Assembly (NCBI GenBank): GCA_965222375.1
Contig: CBDCTZ010000008.1
Coordinates: 320,001-384,000, forward strand
Length of the DNA stretch: 64,000 nucleotides
Origin: Polyangiaceae bacterium
GTDB lineage: Bacteria > Myxococcota_A > Polyangia > Polyangiales > Polyangiaceae
Direction of reading: 5' to 3'
Made by a program: the position numbers and the translations under genes. Under the pieces are notes generated by a model. It ran no database searches. It was not told where the DNA came from and saw only the letters and a program-made list of their open reading frames with translations. Positions 57,623 through 64,000 of the stretch are shown here, one piece after another; the stretch's first letter is position 1; each line of letters opens with the position of its first letter.

Positions 57623-59323
57623 ATGTCCCGCGTGTATCGAGTCAGTCGCGTCGTTGTGCTCGCCGCCCTGGTCCCGTTGGCCTGCGAGCGCAAAGCGCCT
57701 CCCGGGGGAGAACCCGACCCCAGCGCATCGGCTCGCCCGTCCGGGGCCAGCGGGGTCCCAGGAGATCCGACCCTGCCTGACGAGCTGACGCCCAAGCCCA
57801 GCGCGAGCAATGCGGAGGTGCCGGACGCCGCCCCTGTCGAGCACAAGGGCCCATGGTTCGTCGTGACGTCAGCCGCGGCGGGGGTGTATCGCAAACCCCA
57901 CTTCGATCGCTCAGACAAGATCGGCTACGTGCGCAACGGCGGCAAAGTCGGGGTACAGGAAAAGCCGGTCTCCACAGACAAGTGCAAGAAGGGATGGCTC
58001 GAAGTCGTGGGCGGTGGCTATTTGTGCGCCAACCTGGGCACCACGGATCTGAAGCACCCCCAGGTCAAATTCGCCCTCAAGCGCCCGGACAAAGACGAGG
58101 TGCTGCCCTACACCTACGCGCGGAATGCGAAGAATGGCACTCCCCTCTACAAGAGCGTTCCGTCTCGCGAGCAGATGTATCACTACGAGCCGTACCTCGC
58201 CGCGGCGAAGAAGGCGAAGCAAGACAAGGCGAAGCGAGAGAAAGAAGAGAAGGCCAAGGCGGCCGCGCAGGACACCGGCTCCGAGCGGGTGACCCCGGCA
58301 TCCACGTCGCCAGACGCTGGTCTAATGCTTCGGTCCTCGCCCGACGCAGGCGTTGCCGTGGTGGGGGACGCCGCAGCTGAAGTTCCCAAAGTACCTTGGT
58401 GGCAGCGGGAGAACGCAAAGGACTCCCTGCACGAAGTCACGCTGGAAGAGCTGGCGGCAGAGAGCGACGACATCCTGGCCAAGCGCATGGTTTCCGGCTT
58501 CTACGTGGCCGTGGACAAGACATTCCGCTGGAACAAGCGCACTTGGTACAAGACGACCCGAGGCTTGGTCGCCCCGGCGGATCGCTTCTGGCAGACCGCC
58601 GGCTCCAAGTTCCAAGGCGTGGAGCTGGAGGGCGGCGACTGGAAATTGCCGATCGCTTGGGTGTACGGCGGCCGAAAGAAGGCGCCCACCTACGAGATGG
58701 AGTCGGAGGATGGCCCCCCGAAGCCGGCTAAGTCCGTCAAGTCGTTCACGGCAATTCAGCTCACGGGTCGCGAGCGAAAAGTCGGAAAGACCCACTACCT
58801 GGAAACCAAAGACAACACCTGGATCAAACGCTTGCACGTGCGGGTGACCCGACCCGGGCCTCCACCGAAGGATCTGGCTCCGAATGAAAAGTGGGTGGAC
58901 GTCAACCTGAAGAGCCAGACCCTGGTTGCCTACCGCGGCACCACGCCGGTGTTCGCCACCCTGATCTCATCTGGGAAGCGGTCGAGCAGGAAAGAAAAAG
59001 ACCATCGCACGCCCACGGGCGAGTGGCGGGTTCGCGAGAAGCACATCACCACCACGATGGACGGCAACGGCACGGCGGCGGGGGATCTGCCCTACAGCAT
59101 CGAAGACGTGCCCTACGTGATGTACTATTACAATTCCTACGCGATCCACGGGGCGTTCTGGCATCGCAATTACGGAATTCGAATGAGCCACGGTTGCGTC
59201 AATCTCTCCCCCTTGGATGCCAAACGAGTCTTCTTCCTGACGGATCCTCCCGTGGCAGAAGGCTTCCACGGGGCGTGGTCGAGCAAAGACAGACCCGGCA
59301 GTCGCATCATCGTGCACGAATGA
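57623..59323 (+). CDS. L,D-transpeptidase (YkuD family), probable lipoprotein
   Basis: PLAC signal end; QTLVAY, TPTG, AIHGAFWH...SHGCVNL. Confidence 0.92.
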   Translation: MSRVYRVSRVVVLAALVPLACERKAPPGGEPDPSASARPSGASGVPGDPTLPDELTPKPSASNAEVPDAAPVEHKGPWFVVTSAAAGVYRKPHFDRSDKIGYVRNGGKVGVQEKPVSTDKCKKGWLEVVGGGYLCANLGTTDLKHPQVKFALKRPDKDEVLPYTYARNAKNGTPLYKSVPSREQMYHYEPYLAAAKKAKQDKAKREKEEKAKAAAQDTGSERVTPASTSPDAGLMLRSSPDAGVAVVGDAAAEVPKVPWWQRENAKDSLHEVTLEELAAESDDILAKRMVSGFYVAVDKTFRWNKRTWYKTTRGLVAPADRFWQTAGSKFQGVELEGGDWKLPIAWVYGGRKKAPTYEMESEDGPPKPAKSVKSFTAIQLTGRERKVGKTHYLETKDNTWIKRLHVRVTRPGPPPKDLAPNEKWVDVNLKSQTLVAYRGTTPVFATLISSGKRSSRKEKDHRTPTGEWRVREKHITTTMDGNGTAAGDLPYSIEDVPYVMYYYNSYAIHGAFWHRNYGIRMSHGCVNLSPLDAKRVFFLTDPPVAEGFHGAWSSKDRPGSRIIVHE

Positions 59324-59399
59324 TGCGCGCGCTTGTCGTTGCCGCTTCGACGAACATCTACCCCTTGACGTCCGCTTGAGTCGGCTACACTAGCCCGGA

Positions 59400-60383
59400 A
59401 TGGATCAGTTCTCGGCACACCTCGATCGGGGGTGGGATCTCGTGCAGCGGGGCGATTCCGTCGGCGCAGAAATCAGCGCCCGTCGCGCGCTCGAAATCGA
59501 CAACCAATCTCCCGAGGCCTACAACCTGCTCGGCTACGTGGCTGCACTGCAGGGCGAGTTCGAGGACGCCGCTGAACACTACAGAACTGCCATCAGCCTC
59601 GACGACACCTACTTCGAAGCGATGCTCAACGCCGCGGAGATCTTCATCCATCCGCTCGGTGACATTCCCGAGGCACTGGACCTCTGCGACCAAGCTCTCG
59701 ACCTCGCTGAGAACGACGGGGAGCGCGTCGACGCCTTACTGCTGAAGTTCGACGCCATGCTGGCATCGGGCGACGCGGCAGAGGCGAAACGAATCTGCCT
59801 ATCGTTTCCACCAGGCCCCTACGAAAACCCCATGCATTCGTTTTTGCTGGCGCGGGCCTACTACGAAGCGGGTGATATCGAACGTGCTCAGCCGCTGATT
59901 GAGGCCGCAGTCAAGTCGGGGCCGGGCAATCCGGAGGCCTGGTACTACCTGGGTTTGATCCGCGACGATCGCGGCCACACCACCCTTGCGACTCAGGCTT
60001 TCCTGAGTTCGCGCCTTCTCGATTTGGAAATCCCGCCTCCACCTTGGACGCTGACTCGCGAGACGTTCGAAGACACGGTTCGGAAGGGCGTGGCGTCTCT
60101 GCCGCCGGAGCTGTCTCAGTTTCTTCGCGCTGAGGAGGTCTTTGTCGCTGAGGTACCTGGAGTCGAGGTCGTGGCCGACGGTGTCGACCCCCGAGCCTTG
60201 CTGCTTTTGGATGGGCTAATCTCCAAGCCGGGGCAGAAACCATCTGCACGAGTGATCGTGTATCAGCGGAACGTGGAACGACTCGCTGGTTCGGTGGATG
60301 CGGTTGCCGGAGAAATCACCGCCGCGCTGACGCGCGAAGTCACGGCGTCATTCATAGAAACTCGACCACCCCTCAGCGACTGA
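59400..60383 (+). CDS. TPR protein with C-terminal zincin-like domain
   Basis: TPR repeats (PEAYNLLG, PEAWYYLG); VIVYQRNVER. Confidence 0.8.
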   Translation: MDQFSAHLDRGWDLVQRGDSVGAEISARRALEIDNQSPEAYNLLGYVAALQGEFEDAAEHYRTAISLDDTYFEAMLNAAEIFIHPLGDIPEALDLCDQALDLAENDGERVDALLLKFDAMLASGDAAEAKRICLSFPPGPYENPMHSFLLARAYYEAGDIERAQPLIEAAVKSGPGNPEAWYYLGLIRDDRGHTTLATQAFLSSRLLDLEIPPPPWTLTRETFEDTVRKGVASLPPELSQFLRAEEVFVAEVPGVEVVADGVDPRALLLLDGLISKPGQKPSARVIVYQRNVERLAGSVDAVAGEITAALTREVTASFIETRPPLSD

Positions 60384-60918
60384 GTTCGACGCGGGCAAGC
60401 TGCTCCGCATCGACCTTGGCCGTGGACAGCAGCGCCTTGAGCAACTGTCGACCCATTCTGGCCAACGCCAACAGCGCCTCGATGCGCTGTTTCTGAAGTC
60501 GCGCGCGGCGCTTGGTCTCCTCCGAATCCGAGGCGAGCGCGTCCGAGAGGGAGGCGAGCGCCTGCTCGCAGGCGTCCACCGCCGCGTCGATTTCCGTCAG
60601 TTCGCGCTCCGAAAGCACACGGGAGATCATCTTCCAAAGCTGGACCTCAGCCGCGAAGTGGTCACGACGGTCGCCAGGTACCCACTTCTTCTGCACGACC
60701 CCCCAACGCAACAACTCGTTCAACGTCATGCTCACGGCGCCGCTGGAGAGCTTGAGGCGCCGCTGAAGATCCTTGGCCGTCAAGGCGTCCGGGGAGAGAT
60801 ACAGCACAGCCCAGATGCGACCCATGTTCCGCTTGAAACCCCAAAACTCCATCAGGCGACCAACGACGTCACTGACGATGACCTCGCTCTGCCAGAGTTC
60901 TGGTTCGCGGGGACTCAT
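60373..60918 (-). CDS. GbsR/MarR family transcriptional regulator
   Basis: WGFKRNMGRIWAVLYLS, SSGAVSMTLNELLRWGVV, GDRRDHF. Confidence 0.88.
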   Translation of the reverse strand: MSPREPELWQSEVIVSDVVGRLMEFWGFKRNMGRIWAVLYLSPDALTAKDLQRRLKLSSGAVSMTLNELLRWGVVQKKWVPGDRRDHFAAEVQLWKMISRVLSERELTEIDAAVDACEQALASLSDALASDSEETKRRARLQKQRIEALLALARMGRQLLKALLSTAKVDAEQLARVELSR

Positions 60919-60922
60919 CGGC

Positions 60923-61972
60923 CTACACCGCTCGTTCGACGAGACCTGTCGCCACGCCTTCGAGCAGCAGTCGCGCGGGCGTCTTGGCAACGCCTCGCAG
61001 AGCGGCCAGCGCTTCTGCGGTGAAGTTCTCCGCGCGGCGCCGAACTTCGTCACAGGCACCCGAACTGCGGACAGCGCTGCTGACGGCTTGCACGGGCTCC
61101 AGATCGCCAGCGTGGATCCGTTTAAGGGAAGCCAGCAATTCCGGCTTGTCGGCGCAGGTGAGGACCAGGGGCAGGGTCAGCTTGCCTTCGCTCAGGTCGG
61201 CCAGAGGGGTCTTTCCGGTGCCTTGTTCCGAGTAGTCCAGGAGATCGTCCACGAGTTGGAAGGCCACACCAAGGCGTTCGCCGAACTCCCCCATTCGCTC
61301 CACGCTTTCAGCGTCCGCGCCCGCCAGGCTTGCGCCGGCGCGAGTCGCCCAGCCAAATAGGGACGCTGTCTTGTCCTGGAGAATGCGCTCGTAAGTGGCT
61401 TCAGAAGGATCAAGAGCGACGCGGCCTCGCAGCTGCACCACCTCGCCCTCGACCAAGCGACGCAACGTCGCCAGTAGGCCGGGAAGTAACGCCGGCGCAT
61501 GCTGCTCGGTGAGTTCCAGGGCGCGCACCAGCAGGAGGTCGCCGGCCAAGACACTGACCGCGTTTCCCCAAACCCGGCGCGCGGTCGGTTGTCCGCGGCG
61601 TTCGTCCCCGTCGTCGATCACGTCGTCGTGCATCAGTGTTGCCGAATGCACCAGCTCGACGACCACCGCAATTTGATGAGCCTGGGGCTCCGGCGGAGCG
61701 AAGCAAGCGTGCGCCAGCAGCAGTGCCAGTGGGCGGATCCGCTTGCCCCCTCCGCCGACCAAATGGCGAGCCGCGCTGCGCGCCGGCTCGGGCCCCGACT
61801 CTGTCGATTGTCGCAGCACTTCGCGCACCGACTCCATGTCGTCCGCGACAAGGGTCTGGATGTCCCCCACACGACTGAGCACTTCAGGGGGCGCGCGCCC
61901 GGTTCCGCTGCTTTCGAGCAGGGATAGGGAGCGGGCGAACTCGCCGTTCGAATTCCCGTTCGACTTCTTCAA
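60923..61972 (-). CDS. Polyprenyl diphosphate synthase
   Basis: GGKRIRP, HDDVID..RRG, KTASLF, FQLVDDLLD, GKLTLP. Confidence 0.95.
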   Translation of the reverse strand: MKKSNGNSNGEFARSLSLLESSGTGRAPPEVLSRVGDIQTLVADDMESVREVLRQSTESGPEPARSAARHLVGGGGKRIRPLALLLAHACFAPPEPQAHQIAVVVELVHSATLMHDDVIDDGDERRGQPTARRVWGNAVSVLAGDLLLVRALELTEQHAPALLPGLLATLRRLVEGEVVQLRGRVALDPSEATYERILQDKTASLFGWATRAGASLAGADAESVERMGEFGERLGVAFQLVDDLLDYSEQGTGKTPLADLSEGKLTLPLVLTCADKPELLASLKRIHAGDLEPVQAVSSAVRSSGACDEVRRRAENFTAEALAALRGVAKTPARLLLEGVATGLVERAV

Positions 61973-62060
61973 AGCTTATTGAAACTAGCGCCGGCGGTGA
62001 CGTGGGTCAATTATGGCCAGAATTGACGCCGCGCCCCGGAGAAGGCTACGCAAGGCCGTG

Positions 62061-62519
62061 ATGCCGCCTGCTTCCAGCCGCGCCGAACGCATTGGGCGCC
62101 GGGCGATCCTAGGGATTTTCGTCCTCGCGGTCGGGGGGTTCACCCTGCACAACACGGTGCGCATCATCCGACAGGTCTTTTTCTCGCCGGCGCCGGCAGC
62201 GACGGCGGATTGCCGCGGCGGCGTGGTGAGGCTGGTGGAAGCGGTGCGGGAGGCCCGGCGGGCGGCGGCCCTAGAGGACCGAGGCGAACGGGCGTCTCTG
62301 GCTCAGTTCCGAGGCACCTTGGCGCGCTCCTGGGCAGCTCGCGAGGGCCTCGACCAGGCCTGCAAGGGCGACCCAATGGCCCTCAGGGCGCTGCGCGACG
62401 TCGACCGGCTCCGCTACGCCGAGGAGCACGCCGTGCGCTCGGATGCTGTGGATTTGGCCCGTCTGAGGCGGCGCATCAACCAGATCGAAAAAGAGTTCAC
62501 TCAGCCGGCCCGCCCCTGA
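62061..62519 (+). CDS. Hypothetical membrane-anchored protein
   Basis: N-terminal TM helix, helical domain with two Cys; start uncertain (62013-62061). Confidence 0.6.
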   Translation: MPPASSRAERIGRRAILGIFVLAVGGFTLHNTVRIIRQVFFSPAPAATADCRGGVVRLVEAVREARRAAALEDRGERASLAQFRGTLARSWAAREGLDQACKGDPMALRALRDVDRLRYAEEHAVRSDAVDLARLRRRINQIEKEFTQPARP

Positions 62520-62596
62520 ACGGGTGGACGAGGCCCCAGGAACGTGGTGAAAAGCCCCGCGGCCAGCCCGGACGCGGAGCGGACAGAGAGGTATTG

Positions 62597-64000
62597 ATGA
62601 TTGCCCCAGCGGCTGAATCCACGACGGACGAAGCGCTTCCCACTTTTGACACCCTGCCCCTGAGCCAAGACGTGCGCCAGGCAGTCGACGATCTTGGCTA
62701 CGTGCACCCCACGCCGGTGCAGCGGGCCGTATTCGAACCGGCCGCCCGTGGTCGCGATCTCGTCGTGCAAGCCCGCACCGGAACCGGAAAGACCGCGGCA
62801 TTCGGACTCCCCATCATCAATTCGTTGATTCGCACGGAGGACAGTCGGGTGCAGTCCCTGATCCTGTGCCCGACACGCGAGTTAGCGCTCCAGGTGACTC
62901 GGGAGCTCTCCCAGATCGCGAAACACTCCTCGATTCGGGTAACCGCAGTGTACGGCGGGGCCCCGATGGGTCGTCAAGTGCAAGACTTGGAAGAGGGCGC
63001 GCAAATCGTCGTCGGCACCCCTGGTCGAGTGCTGGATCATCTCGGACGCGGGACGCTGGACCCGTCGGATATCCGCAGCTTCGTTTTGGACGAATCCGAT
63101 GAGATGCTCAGTATGGGGTTCTTGCCCCAGATCACGGACATCCTGAGCTACCTGCCCGAGAGTCGCCAAACCTTGCTCTTCAGCGCGACCCTGCCACCCG
63201 TCATTCAGCGCATGGCAGAGACTCGGCTGAAGAATCCCGAGTTCGTGACGCTCAGTGGCGACCACATTGGCGCCCTCGAGATCGACCACTTCGTGTACAT
63301 GATTTTCAGCGATAAAGTGGGGGATTTTCTGCGCATCGTGGAAGTCGAAAACCCCGAGAGCGCAGTCGTTTTCTGCAATACTCGGGACGAAACCAAGCGC
63401 GTGGCTAGTGCACTCTCAGACGCGGGCTACTCGGCGGATTGGCTGAACGCCGACTTGCCACAGTCGGATCGCGAAAAAGTGATGGCGAGGACTCGCGAGG
63501 GCAAACTCCGGTTTCTGGTTGCCACCGACGTCGCAGCGCGCGGTATCGACATTTCGCATCTCACCCACGTGATCAACTACGACATGCCTGCGTCCGCCGA
63601 GGCCTACGTGCATCGTACCGGGCGCACCGGCCGCGCGGGACGCACGGGCACCGCGATCTCCTTGATTGCACCCGCGGATGTAGGCCACCTGTACTACCTT
63701 CGCCTAACCTACAAGGTCCGACCCATCGAAAAGATGCTGCCATCCAACCGGCAGCTGAAGTCCCAGCAGGAACTCGACATGCTGGCGGCGTTTGCGGAAA
63801 TGCCCTTGGAGCCCGAGGACCTCGCGTTGGCGCGCAGGCTGCTGACCCATGACGACGCGGAACGCATCGTCGGCGGTTTGTTGCGTTCCCACCTCGGGTT
63901 GCGACCCGAAGTCGCTGAGGAAGCAACGGCAGCGCGACGGGCCAAGCTCCCTGCTCCTGTTCCGCCTCCGGAACCACGAGCCGAAGCCAAAGAGGTGCCG
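62597..64000 (+). CDS. DEAD-box RNA helicase, truncated by the window end
   Basis: Manual translation from ATG 62597 after GAGG: PTPVQ, ARTGTGKT, PTRELA, TPGR, DESD, SAT, ARGID, HRTGRTGRAG. Confidence 0.95.
   Translation, partial: MIAPAAESTTDEALPTFDTLPLSQDVRQAVDDLGYVHPTPVQRAVFEPAARGRDLVVQARTGTGKTAAFGLPIINSLIRTEDSRVQSLILCPTRELALQVTRELSQIAKHSSIRVTAVYGGAPMGRQVQDLEEGAQIVVGTPGRVLDHLGRGTLDPSDIRSFVLDESDEMLSMGFLPQITDILSYLPESRQTLLFSATLPPVIQRMAETRLKNPEFVTLSGDHIGALEIDHFVYMIFSDKVGDFLRIVEVENPESAVVFCNTRDETKRVASALSDAGYSADWLNADLPQSDREKVMARTREGKLRFLVATDVAARGIDISHLTHVINYDMPASAEAYVHRTGRTGRAGRTGTAISLIAPADVGHLYYLRLTYKVRPIEKMLPSNRQLKSQQELDMLAAFAEMPLEPEDLALARRLLTHDDAERIVGGLLRSHLGLRPEVAEEATAARRAKLPAPVPPPEPRAEAKEVP

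Noticed and set aside
56927..57918. Apparent 1-kb antisense overlap of two long ORFs
   Set aside because: Plausible starts with signal or TM segments lie at about 57447 (minus) and 57623 (plus); the extensions are stop-poor GC-rich frames.

Overview
GC-rich chromosomal window whose gene families point to a myxobacterium, probably Polyangiaceae/Sorangiineae-like (inferred from Gly/Cys-rich lipoproteins, a MYXO-CTERM-like tag, AgmX-type domains, an FHA-sigma54 activator and DUF4388; no database search was run). From start to end it holds: a Ser/Thr kinase, vWA and AgmX-type surface proteins and a FadL-like barrel; a microoxic block at about 10-26.5 kb (CDF, three USPs, hemerythrin, P-type ATPase, cbb3 oxidase operon with fused ccoN-ccoO, NtrC-type regulator, three sigma54 -24/-12 promoter matches) ending at tRNA-Lys(UUU); a B12-dependent radical SAM protein; dnaE; OmpA, cytochrome c and a DUF4266/DUF3570 operon; a RelA/SpoT-synthetase-like gene heading a yicC-gmk-mtnP-pfkB cluster; a 1.4-kaa surface protein; an L,D-transpeptidase; a polyprenyl synthase; and a partial DEAD-box helicase. 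I saw no integrase, transposase, rRNA or CRISPR array. The most unusual signals are two ORFs that look like polyproteins with internal export signals (a radical SAM enzyme fused to a lipobox plus PPPDP-repeat peptide; a surface protein with an internal MYXO-CTERM followed by a second lipoprotein signal), a nested structured-RNA candidate plus an unannotated small membrane protein upstream of the RelA-like gene, and two related inverted-repeat elements between convergent genes. Family calls come from motif recognition only, and several start codons are my estimates.
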